NCBI RefSeq assembly: GCF_006345805.1
Contig: NC_043003.1
Span: 7,998,001 to 8,062,000, forward strand
DNA length: 64,000 nt
Source: Octopus sinensis
Lineage: Eukaryota
Reading direction: 5' to 3'
The notes under the pieces were generated by a model. That model was not told where the DNA came from. It did no database searches and saw only the letters and a list, made by a program, of their open reading frames with translations. A program made the position numbers and the translations under genes. Shown in pieces: positions 51,597-62,690 of the stretch (the stretch's first letter is position 1; each line of letters begins with the position of its first letter).

Positions 51597-52784
51597 ATAC
51601 TTTATATGCATAACTTACTAATTTGTGTGTCAATTCAATCGTTGTTCAGTTTTTCTTTCTATAAAGAGATGCACACACTGTGGTGGCAGAACTAACTGAG
51701 GCTCTGCAAATTGCTACAAAAACAACATTGTCTACACGATAATATTGAATCTATTGCAGATCATAAGTTATTATATCTCCTCTATTCATTTCTAATTCGG
51801 AATGTAGCTAATTCTATGTACCTCAACCCCTGATAATGTAGTTACTGAACCTTTTGCCTGCGTCCTTGTTTCATACAACCTTCTCTAACTACAAACATAT
51901 TTCAGAGACTGAGCTATTTTTTATACTCCCTAAAGTTAGAGGTAAATTAAATTAGATCACATCATTAACTTTAAAATGGCTCTATCCACGGATATATTTT
52001 ATTTACATTATAATTTAAAATCTCTTCAATAACGTGATTGCTTCTTCTCCATAATTCCATGGGAAAATCACCACGCTTCTCGTTATTTTCTATCAGTTCT
52101 TGTTTAAATTAAAAATCCTCATCATTATCATCATGATAATTACAGACATGGTCGCCATCGGCATCACCTTGATTATCATCAATAATAAAACTGTAATTTT
52201 ACGGATTATTAACCTCTTATTTAGCGTGAATATTTACAATATTTTTTTTAATTTAAACTGCATTCTCATAATTTCCATTTCTATTCGTGATTCGGAATCA
52301 GAGGTGAAATCGATCCGAAATCGATCGTTATAGAGATATGAATACTGTAAATATAAACTTTAAATATGGGGTTAATACAACGGAAAATTATAACTTTGGA
52401 AACTCTTCAGACATTAAGATATTTATTCAACTAAAATCATGTTTTGTCGCCTGGTTCATTAAACTGGCATCTGCTGGATTCGTTCGTGTTCGACTCAGCC
52501 ATGAACTCCTGTGATGTAATGAGATGTGATTTCCTCACTGTTTCGTCCATAATTACTTCGTATTTCCTTTGTTTCACTAATTATTGTCAATACCACATTC
52601 CTCTTTTATCTACTTTTACTTGTTTCTGTCATCGGACTGCAGTGATGCCGACAGACGGCTTTGGAGGGGTTTCATGGAACAAATCCACCCCAGTACTTAG
52701 GTTTTAATTTGCTTCTTATCCTATCGGCCCCTTTTTCTCGTAAACAAACAACACTGGTTTTTAGAACTTGGGACAGAAAATACA

Positions 52785-52821
<37 letters not shown>

Positions 52822-52999
52822 CGTTCCTAACATTTATCTGCCATTTTAATGAATAATTTATTGTTGGTTAATTAATTTCATGTTGGACTATTTGATTTAG
52901 AATCGACTCCATTCTACATTTCATAATGATACATTTAATTGAAATTATATCTTGGCGAGCAAGTGCACCATACCTAATGATATTGTTAATGGAATACGT

Positions 53000-53200
53000 A
53001 GGTGGTGAGTTAGCAGAATTGTTAGAGAGTCGAGCGGCATTCTTTTCTGTACTTTACGTTCTGAGTTCAAATTCCGCTGAGACCGATGTTACTTTATTCC
53101 TTTCAGGCTTCATAAAATTAGCACCAGTCAAGCGGTTGTGTCAATTTACTCGACCAAACACCCCTCCGCAAGTTTGCTCGCCTTCTACCAAGATTTTGAA
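53000..53200 (+). mobile_element. Degenerate SINE family A
   Basis: GGTGGTGAGTTAGCAGAAT...TTTACGTTCTGAGTTCAAATTCCGC. Confidence 0.7.
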
Positions 53201-54104
53201 CCATTGCTGATAGAATTCCCAACATCTTATATGCGCTATATAATAACATATGGATTTCAGTCTTCGTTCGGAAGTTAAATGAATACGTAGTGATTACCTG
53301 TGTTGTTCCGATAAAATAGATACCAGTAAGAAATTGGGGTAGAATTTTTCGACTACATTCTACCGTTAAAACAAACTGTCATTTTTGTAATATTTGACTT
53401 GTGATTAACCAGAGAAAATTATTACGACGATCACCACCCATCTGACACAAGATCCTGGTGTTACACTAATTTTATTCAATAAATCGATTTAGTTTTATGC
53501 CACAAAAATCAATAAATAAAACAGTTCCATTTGCAGAACCGTATTTGTATTTATGGTTCTTTTGTTTTTACAGGAAATTAATGCCGTTTAAATATTAAAT
53601 TTACCATTTCAATGCAATGATTCTTTTTTCAAAAGTGTTATAAATATATATTCTTGTTTACAGGAAACGAAAACAAAATTTATAATGATAACGTTTAAAT
53701 AATTATGAGAAAACACAAATCGCTGATTAATTCCTCTTACACGATTGGTTATAAGACAGACTACACTTTGGCAATTACTATTCACAGGAGATTCTTAAAT
53801 TTGTATAAAATTCAAAACAAAACAATGAACTGAAATATGCAACTTTTATAAACTACAATATAAAAAAATACCCTTGCATTAACGTAAATTACAATTATTT
53901 TGAGTAATAATTAAAGGTTTTACATAGATTTTCCACATGACTATTTTAGTTCCTCTTGTTATTTCGGCTTTCGGTGTAGGCACGTGACTTCGTGGTCGAG
54001 GGTAGTCGGATTGAGATCGTTAGGTCGTGTGTTCGATAGCCGGCAGTTCGTTGTGTCTTTCAGAAATAAAAGAATATATTATTTACGTAAATATATATAT
54101 ATTT

Positions 54105-54330
54105 GTTTACTTGTTTCAGTTATTTGACTGCTGCCATGCTGGAACACCACGCCAAAGGATTTTTTACTCGACGAAATCGACCCCAGGACTTATCCTCTGT
54201 AACCATAGTACTTATTCTATCGGACTCATTTGCCTTACATGGACGTAAACGCACCAACATCGGTTGTCAAGCGATGGTGACGTGACAATCACAGACACAA
54301 AGACACACCAACACACACAGATACAGACAC
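54105..54330 (-). mobile_element. SINE family B 3' half running into a (TA)n field
   Basis: TTTACTTGTTTCAG...GCCATGCTGGAACACC...CATCGGTTGTCAAGCGATG. Confidence 0.8.
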
Positions 54331-54341
54331 ACATATACATA

Positions 54342-54373
<32 letters not shown>

Positions 54374-54599
54374 CATATATATATAATATATATATTATAT
54401 ATATACATATATATATATATATATTTATATATACACATACATACATATATATATATATTATATATACATATATATATATATATATTTATATACACACATA
54501 CATACACATATATATATATATACTATATATATATATATTATATATATATATACATACATTATATATATATATACATACATATATATATATATATACATA

Positions 54600-54677
<78 letters not shown>

Positions 54678-54690
54678 CACATACATACAC

Positions 54691-54726
<36 letters not shown>

Positions 54727-54810
54727 TATATATACACATACATACACATATATATATATATATACATACATATATATATATACATACATTATATATACAT
54801 ATATATATAC

Positions 54811-54843
<33 letters not shown>

Positions 54844-54889
54844 CACATACATACATATATATATATATATATACACATACATACATACA

Positions 54890-54940
<51 letters not shown>
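54330..54940. repeat. (TA)n/(TACA)n field
   Basis: Seen directly. Confidence 0.96.
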
Positions 54941-55588
54941 ACTAAGTAATTAAGGGTTTAGCAACGATTTGCCTCACCACACACCGAATTTAGAAATAGC
55001 AGTCAAAGAGTTATAGCTATTCCTTTCTACTAAAAGGGAGATCTCAGTAAAACCACAGCACTTGAAAGGCAAACTCAGACAGGCAAGAGAGAAAGAAAAT
55101 GACGACAATCGATCATACAATAAAAAGTCCCCTACGGACGTACGTTTCGAAATCAAGTTTTAGGAAAGCATAAGAATTAGATAATCCTGTCTTACCCAAC
55201 TTCTTTTCTCATCAGCGTAGGATACTACAATTATGAATAATTGTATATTAAATTTCGCGGTACTAGAAGACACCATCTCAACTGATAGTATCAGAGCGAG
55301 CTAAAGCCGTTCCTAGTATCGCCAAATTCAAAGTGTGAATGAAAGTCTGTGTCACCAGCCCCTTCCTACCAGCGTGCAGCCAAGACAAGATGTTGTGGTT
55401 ATCTACCGAGATGAAATATGGTTATCAGTAATAATGTAGGGTGAAATTAATTAATTTGGAATAATTATCAATTTCACCATGTAGATTTGGGCATGTAAAA
55501 GCCCCATTTGAGGAAAGTTTAAGTAATACTAAGTAATTAAGGGTTTAGCAACGATTTGCCTCACCACACACTGAATTTAGAAATAGCA
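54939..55588 (-). mobile_element. Retrozyme/pseudo-LTR-like 587-bp unit with 63-bp terminal direct repeat
   Basis: 54939-55001 matches 55526-55588 with 1 mismatch; canonical HHR inside; no meaningful ORF; abuts (TA)n. Confidence 0.78.
55131..55221 (-). ncRNA. Canonical type I hammerhead ribozyme with extended stem II
   Basis: CCTACG-CTGATGA-GAAA..AAGTT...AACTT..TTTC-GAAAC-GTAC-GTC-CGTAGG; perfect 6-bp stem I, all core nucleotides present, GUC site, palindromic stem III ACGTACGT. Confidence 0.88.
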
Positions 55589-55616
55589 AATAATCTTTTA
55601 TAAATGTGTGTATACA

Positions 55617-55997
55617 GGCGCAGGAGTGGCTTTGTGGAAAGTAGCTTGCTTACTAACCACATGGTTCCGGGTTCAGTCCCACTGCGTGGCACCTTGCGCA
55701 AGTGTCTTCTACTAGAGCCTCGGGCCGACCAAAGCCTTGTGAGTGGATTTGGTAGACGGAAACTGAAAGAAGCCCGTCGTATATGTATATATATGTGTGT
55801 TTGTGAGTCTGTGTTTCCCCCCCCCACATCGCTTGACAACCGATGCTGATGTGTTTACGTCCCCGTAAACTAGCGGTTCGGCAAAAGAGACCGATAGAAT
55901 AACTACTAGGCTTACAAAGAATAAGTCCTGGTTCGATTTGCTCGACTAATGGCGGTGCTCCAGCATGGCCGCTCTCAAATGACTGAAACAAGTAAAT
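55617..55997 (+). mobile_element. SINE family B, full length
   Basis: Aligns with 29554. Confidence 0.92.
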
Positions 55998-55999
55998 AA

Positions 56000-56395
56000 A
56001 AAATCAGATTTAAGATTGAATCCAATTTTATAATAAAATATTATATTATAATAAATTAGAGACAAAACCACTATTATGCAAATCAAACAAAGAAAGACTT
56101 AAGCCAATACATAAAAAATTTATATAATTAAAATTTAACAAATGAATAACCACTACGATCGTTTCGTGTCAGCACATCTTAGACATTCTTCAGGTTGTTT
56201 CTAAACCCCTAAAATATAAAATGTAATCAATATTTTTACGATATAAATATCTATATAATCTAAATAAACTCTATTATTAAATATGATTATCGAAATAATG
56301 TTAAATATTAACTTTAATTTATAAGGTAGAAAATCCATATGCTAATATCCATTTTAGTCTATATCTACTTATATAGATATTTGAAATAACTAATT
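56000..56395 (-). mobile_element. AT-rich pseudo-LTR fragment carrying an HHR (same family as 20857-21292)
   Basis: 56000-56140 is the reverse complement of the 20.9-kb unit (AAATTAGAGACAAAACCACTATTATGCAAATCAAACAAAGAAAGACTTAAG); right boundary is uncertain. Confidence 0.65.
56148..56199 (-). ncRNA. Type I hammerhead ribozyme motif
   Basis: AACAAC-CTGAAGA-ATGTC(loop)GACAC-GAAAC-GATC-GTA-GTGGTT; palindromic stem III ACGATCGT, GUA site; one mismatch each in stem I and the stem II closing pair. Confidence 0.72.
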
Positions 56396-56427
<32 letters not shown>

Positions 56428-56449
56428 CATATACATATATATATATATA

Positions 56450-56700
56450 TGTCTTCCCTTCTCTGGATCTTTCCTTCTCCTATGTTTATAGTCCTTAATC
56501 CAAACAAGAAAGCACAAAAAAAAACACAACAACGCGAGGACGTGGAACAAATATAGTATTATTGGACGCTCAGGAAAGAAGGAAAGAAGGAGGGTTTAAC
56601 GTTTCGAGCGGAGCTCTTCGTCGGAAACATAGGAGAAGGAAAGATCCAGAGAAGGGAAGACAGAGGAAAAAAAATCGCCAACGGTACACACGAGGTCACA
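56450..56700 (-). mobile_element. Pseudo-LTR fragment with 38-bp inverted terminal duplication, next to (TA)n
   Basis: 56450-56487 is a perfect reverse complement of 56625-56662. Confidence 0.75.
56594..56628 (-). ncRNA. Minimal type I hammerhead motif, U4C variant
   Basis: GTTT-CCGACGA-A-GAGC(TCC)GCTC-GAAAC-GTT-AAAC; stems I and II perfect, AACGTT palindromic stem III. Confidence 0.7.
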
Positions 56701-56702
56701 TG

Positions 56703-56925
56703 CAGTAATTCCTCGACTACCATGAGTATTACGTTCCAAAAGCCCCCACGATAGGTGAAAATCCGCGAAGTAGAAACAGTTCTGTACGGTGTATTTTTTA
56801 AATAATTTTTATACTGTGTATATGTTTATTTTATTATAAATGCAAATCAACACCACAGGGGAATCTACGTAAGCTTAAATAAAAATACCGCGATAGGTGA
56901 ACCGCGATACGGCGAGGGATTACTG
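56703..56925. mobile_element. pogo/Tigger-like MITE
   Basis: TIRs CAGTAATTCCTCG / CGAGGGATTACTG, internal repeated CGATAGGTGAA, TG on both flanks (possibly a decayed TA TSD). Confidence 0.75.
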
Positions 56926-57964
56926 TGTGTATATGTGTTTCTTTGTCTCCTCTTGTATCAGAGTTGTGTATATTTATTCTCTAAAGTGTGTATGGCTTGA
57001 GCTGACGTATGTGTGTGTGTCTTTACATACACATAGAAACAAAATGAAATGTATTGATTCAGTTTGGTCTTCATAATACACATTGATAAACATCCTCGGT
57101 ACAGCCTCATTGATTCTCGTTATACATTTTAAACGACATTATAATCTTTTTAATTTTCCATTATAATTCCATTCACACCTAAGATGCATAATAAGAATTT
57201 TAAATCGAACCAAATACTTGACTGGTACTTTATTCGATTTACCAAATTTAACCTCGATATCATTAAAATTCACAACATGGTGTCGATTGTAACTAATTAC
57301 CACAGCAATTTCGTTCTACTTTCTAATTATTGTGTCAGTGTATTGATTAGATCTTATTTATTTTTTTTAGGGTAAATTATGAAAAAGGATAAAAAATATA
57401 AATTAAAAGTACACTTAAAGAGATTCCGAAGAAACTAGTGTTGGCCTGTATCGGTAAAAGTCATTAAACAAAATCTGTAAAGTTGAAGAAGTCCGTATGA
57501 AATAAGATGAGAGGATTAACGTTTCGATGAAGCTTCCTCCAAGCAACCGAAAGAAATAAAAAATATTCAAGTGTATCGATTTGTAATGAACAAATACGTT
57601 TTGATGAATGTGTGATAACGAGAAAAGAATATGAAGGAAAGAAGGCTGGTAAACAAGGGGAGAAGGGTTGGTGAAGAAATTAATATGAAAAGCGGTAAAG
57701 TGAAGGCACGAGGCGGGAAAAGATTATTATACAAACAGAAAAAGACGCTACAAGGTCTTAATGGATTAATCAAAGGGTGGTAATTACGACCGTACACACA
57801 TATCTAAATATATACATACATAAGAGCTTGTATACCAAGCATGTGCAAATCCCAGACTTGGAAATTTAAAATATCTTGATAGGATATTTTATTCATTCTT
57901 TAAGCAATGGAATTATGCAGCTACTATTTATGAGAAAAGAAAGGTTTAACTTTCTAATAATAAT

Positions 57965-58099
57965 GGGTGTATCTGTGTGGTAAGAAGCTTCTTTGCCTGC
58001 CATATGGTTCCGGGTTCAGGCCCGCTGCGTGACACGTTGGGTCTTCCTCGCGCCGAGTGAATTTTGTTGACAGAGACTGGGAGAAGCCCGTGGTATACA

Positions 58100-58131
<32 letters not shown>

Positions 58132-58340
58132 GTTGTGTGTCTGTCACCCCGCCATCGCTTGGAAACCGATGCTAGTGCGATTATATCCCCGTAACTTAAG
58201 CTTAACAGGACGATAGAATAAGTACTAGGCTTACAAAGAATAAGTTTTGGGGTCGATTTCTGCGACTAACACCCTTTAAGGCTGTGCTCCAGCATGGCCG
58301 CAGTGAAATGACTGGAAGAAGTACAAAAATAAAAGAATAA
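57965..58340 (+). mobile_element. Degenerate SINE family B
   Basis: CTGTGTGGTAAGAAGCTT...GGTTCCGGGTTCAG...GCTCCAGCATGGCCGCAGT. Confidence 0.8.
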
Positions 58341-58421
58341 AAAGATAAATAATGATAATAATAATAATAATAAGAAGAATAATAATAAGAAGAAGAATGA
58401 TAAAATAAAATTAATAAGAAT

Positions 58422-58980
58422 AAAATGCAGATTATGTGGAAAAGATGACCGATGTATTAAACACTTCTTGAATGAATACAGTAATCTAGCGCAAAAAGAA
58501 TATAAGTGTGGACATGACTGAGTAGATAAACAAGTGCTGGGGATGTTAGCCCAATACATGGCTTCAAAATAGCAGAAAATGGTATGAACACGAGCCAGAG
58601 GATGTGATATAGAATAAGAATTACATGATTTTATGAGATTTCCCCATCAAGAACGACCATACTATTAAAACAAGACCAGATATGATTATAGACGACGAAA
58701 GCAATTAGTGTCAGATTGTAGACTTTACAAAATCGAACGATGAGAAACTGGATACCATAGAAACGAACAAAAAATTAGGAATGTCATAATCTGACCAATG
58801 AGGATGAAGAATTTGTCTAAGACATAGACGACAATTATCCCCGTGGTAAATAGTACGTTTGGCACAGAACTCAAACTATTTAATAGTCTGAAAAATATTG
58901 GAATTGAGAACCATGTGGTCCATCTGTATTCTGCAAAATATCTTTTCTTGAGATTTCAGGAGATTTGCTGTTAATCACAA
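58422..58980 (+). mobile_element. Decayed R4/Dong-like non-LTR 3' fragment
   Basis: KCRLCGK...H...LAQKEYK..HD, WYEHEPEDVI.N...IL*DF.I..D..I.TRPDMII and IIPVV; starts directly after a (TAA/GAA)n tract. Confidence 0.75.
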
Positions 58981-59019
58981 CAGCATGCCTGCTAATATAG
59001 TATCATATTCTTTTTTGTT

Positions 59020-59262
59020 TTTAGTCTTTTACGTGTTTCAGTCAATTGACTGCGGCCATCCTGGGACACCGCCTTTAGTCGAACAAATCCACTCTACGAC
59101 TTATTCTTTGTAAGCCTAGTACTTATTCTATAAGTCTCTTTTGCCGAACCCCTAGGTAACGGGGACGTAAACGCACAAATATCGGTTGTCAAACAAGGGT
59201 GGGGCGACAAACAGGCCCAAAAATACTTATACATATAAACGGAACCTAAAAGAAGCCCGCCG

Positions 59263-59308
<46 letters not shown>

Positions 59309-59465
59309 TACGACGGGCTTTTAGGTTTCGTCTAATAAATCAACTCACAAGGATATGGTCGGCCCGAATCTATAGTAGAAGACACTTGCCCAAGGTGCCA
59401 CGTAGTGGGACTGAACCTGGAACCATGTGGTTGGGAAGCAAGCTTCTTACCACGCAGGCACGCCT
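59020..59465 (-). mobile_element. SINE family B with internal fold-back duplication
   Basis: Reverse complement of B; inverted arms around the internal (TA)n. Confidence 0.85.
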
Positions 59466-60109
59466 TCACACACACACACTCACACACATATATACATACA
59501 CACACACACAAACATATATATATATTTGTGTATGTGTGTGTTTGCGCGCGCGTGTATGCGTGAATATGCGTCTATATGCATGTATGTGCGTTTGTAATAG
59601 ACATACCTGAAATCATATTAATGTAAATGGGAAGGAAAAATAAATGTAGCTATAGAGGAAAGACAGTGTGTGTGTGTGTGTGTGTGTAGGAAATGAGAAT
59701 AAGTGTGTATTTGAATGCGCATGTCCCTAATAATGCTAAAGAAATTGACAATATATAAAGCAAATTAGGAAAATGAACATGATTCATTGGCGCTTATTGG
59801 AGAAGCTGTGCCAATCTATCCTTATTAAATTATCAACGGATTCGCTGAGTTCGGTTTTATCAAATTTGATTTTCAACCTGTTTTTGTGATGTTTTTCTCT
59901 TAGGGATTATGTTGTGTTGCTTTTCCTTCACCAACCTAATTAAAACGTTTTAAAACACTGCGTAGAAGACAACTCTAAACGAAGTCAAGTTGATGGAGTG
60001 ATTCTGTTCCCTTCCCAGTGGATTTTCATTTTGTAGTATTTCTTAACGATCCTTCAACAACGGGTATTCTATTAAGTGAAATTCGTCTTGTTAAGTAGCT
60101 TTTATCAAG

Positions 60110-60484
60110 ACTAGCAGTCACCCGGCGTCGCTCGGGTTTGTTTCGACCCTTTAGAATTGGAATTTTTGAAAAGGAAAAATTTTGCATTATGTTTAAGTGA
60201 ACATTTTTCTGGTTGAAATACAGCGAAAAATGGCGACACAGCAGTCAGAAATTCGTAAAAAATAGGGATTTTCATATAAAAAAAAGGACCTTTTTGATGT
60301 AAATAATTTTTGGTGTTAACATGGTGCGATGTGAAATTTTCTTCTACGGAAGAGCGAGCAAGCCTTCTTCTATCATACTCTCAATTTTGGTCAACTTGCG
60401 CCGCAGGGTCTCGGAGGAGATAGTGTTAGTTGAAGGCTACCAAACCTGCCATACACAGACAACTTAAGCTTTATACATAGAGAT
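60110..60484 (+). mobile_element. DINE-1/Lep1-like non-autonomous Helitron (same family as 38482)
   Basis: Colinear with 38482-38876. Confidence 0.8.
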
Positions 60485-60849
60485 TTATTTTATCTTTGGT
60501 AGATTGTAGAATCAAACGCTGTTACGACACTTCAACTAAAATTTGTATCTGTGGAACATATACTTTGAACAGTTATGCGTTTTTCTTGTTGCAGTAAAGT
60601 CCCCTCTGTAGCAATTCAATAGTTTAAAACTTTTTAGTCAAGTCTGGGTTAATCTCACATGGAAAGTCATAAACACTGGCGTATATATTTATAAAGCAGG
60701 AAAAAATGCATTTTTTATGATATTGTTGTTATAAAAATATTGAATTCCGATTGATATAAAAATCTGTTATCGTCAATTCAATACATCCAAGTAGTTGAAT
60801 GAAAAATATACGATCGATCAAAAAATTTGCAATGGGAGGTGCTTAAATA

Positions 60850-61628
60850 TTCTTTTCTACTCTAGGCAAACAGGCCCGAAATTTTTTGAAGAAGGGGACA
60901 GTCAATTAGATCGACCCCGGTACGCAACTGGTACTGTGTGAACATCAAAAGCAACAGAGAAGAGCGAGTGAAACGTAATAAATAAAATTTCTTCTTTTCA
61001 ACTCATGGCACAAAGTCCGAAAATGGGGGAGGGGGCAGTCGATTAGATCGACCTCAGTACACAACTGCTACTTAATTTATCGTCCTCGAAAGAAAAAAAG
61101 GCAAAATCGATCTCGGCGGAATTTGAACTCAGAACGTAGACAAACAAAACACCGGCGTGCTAACGTTACTGCCAGCTCGCCGCCTTAAATACATCAATCC
61201 TTTCTACTACAATCCCAAGGCCTGAAATGTGTGAGGAGGGGACCAGTCGATTACATCGACCTCAGTATTTCACTGATTACTTAACTTATCGATCCTGAAA
61301 GGATGTAAGACAAAGACGATTCCGGTGGCATTTGAACTCAGATCGTAAAAACAGGCGAAATACCGCTCAAGCTTTTTACCCTAAATGCTAATGTTTCTGC
61401 CAGCTCGCCGCCTTGAAGTACCAAAATATTGCAAGTCTGGTGCTGCGAAACCCATCACCTACTCTCTTAAAAATAATGATGGTATCCTCAGTTCTAATTC
61501 CGCCGCGGTCGACTTTGCCTTTCATCCTTTCGGGGTCGATAAATTAAGTACCGGTTGCGTACTGGGGTCGATCTAATCGACTGGATCCCTCCTCAAACAT
61601 TTCTGGCCTTGTGCTTAGAGTAGAAAAA
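60850..61628. mobile_element. Cluster of family A SINEs: three minus-strand copies or fragments (60850-61412) and one 5'-truncated plus copy (61487-61628)
   Basis: Repeated GGAATTTGAACTCAGA...TGCCAGCTCGCCGCC and CTTTGCCTTTCATCCTTTCGGGGTCGAT. Confidence 0.85.
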
Positions 61629-61691
61629 AAATAATAATGATGGTCCAGCAATTATGACTGAGGCCTAGAAATTTCGATCCTATTTCCACAC

Positions 61692-61887
61692 GACGATGAT
61701 GATTGATGATGATGATGATGATGATGATGATGACGATGATAACGATGACGATGATGATGATGATGATGATGATGATGACGATGACGATGATAACGATGAC
61801 GATGATGACGATGATGATGATGACGATGATGATGATGACGATGATGATGATGACGATGATGATGATGATGACGATGATGATGATGAC

Positions 61888-61925
<38 letters not shown>

Positions 61926-61986
61926 CGATGATGATGATGACGATGATGATGATGACGATGATGATGATGACGATGATGATGATGAC

Positions 61987-62030
<44 letters not shown>

Positions 62031-62103
62031 CGATGATGATGATGACGATGATGATGATGACGATGATGATGATGTTGATGATGATGATGATGATGATGAT
62101 GAT
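61692..62103. repeat. (GAT)n array with periodic GAC interruptions
   Basis: About 410 bp, with a frequent 15-bp higher-order unit GACGATGATGATGAT. Confidence 0.97.
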
Positions 62104-62313
62104 CTTTCTACTACAAGCACATGGCCTGAAATTTGAGGGGAAGTGGCTAGTCGATTATATCTACCTCAGTACGTAACTGGTACTTATTTCATCGACTCCG
62201 AAAGAATGAAAGGTGAAGTCGACCTCAGCGGAATTTGAACTCAGAACGTAAAGACGGACGAAATGATGCTAAGCATTTGTTCGGCATGTTAATGCTTTTG
62301 CTAGCACGCCGCC
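62104..62313 (-). mobile_element. SINE family A
   Basis: Reverse-complement copy lying between (GAT)n tracts. Confidence 0.85.
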
Positions 62314-62342
62314 TTGATGATGATGATGATGATGATGATGAT

Positions 62343-62690
62343 AAATGCCCTGATGCAGTACCAGACAGTGGCTCGCGTGGCTTCTGACCATAGCTGATTG
62401 GAAATGTTATAATGCACATTGTTTTCTCTTGGTATAAAAGATGGCCTACAGCAAATATTCTGCCCAATACCACAGATTTGCTTGTCAGTTGTTTGACCTT
62501 AACCAGTTGAGCATGTCGCTTGGTGGCTGACGACATGTGCACCTCTGATCACGGGCAGAAGTAGTGGAGGAGCATCATAGCCATGTGTCGAGGAGAATTC
62601 TTTGGAGAATGAATAATTCACCTTTGGAAAGATGAGTATTTCTTTCAACGTCCTCAAAAACCCTTATTCAGGGAACTTTTGAGCGGGATT
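62343..62690 (+). mobile_element. Second, truncated copy of the 7291 microsatellite-embedded element
   Basis: Colinear with 7291-7600; flanked by (GAT)n and (ATT)n. Confidence 0.85.

Noticed and set aside
53555-53670. Polypyrimidine-CAG acceptor-like sites (also near 17073 and 21443)
   Set aside because: No open exon with a matching donor could be established without transcript data.
57510-57550. GAAACGTT half-motif on the minus strand
   Set aside because: The CTGANGA box is absent.
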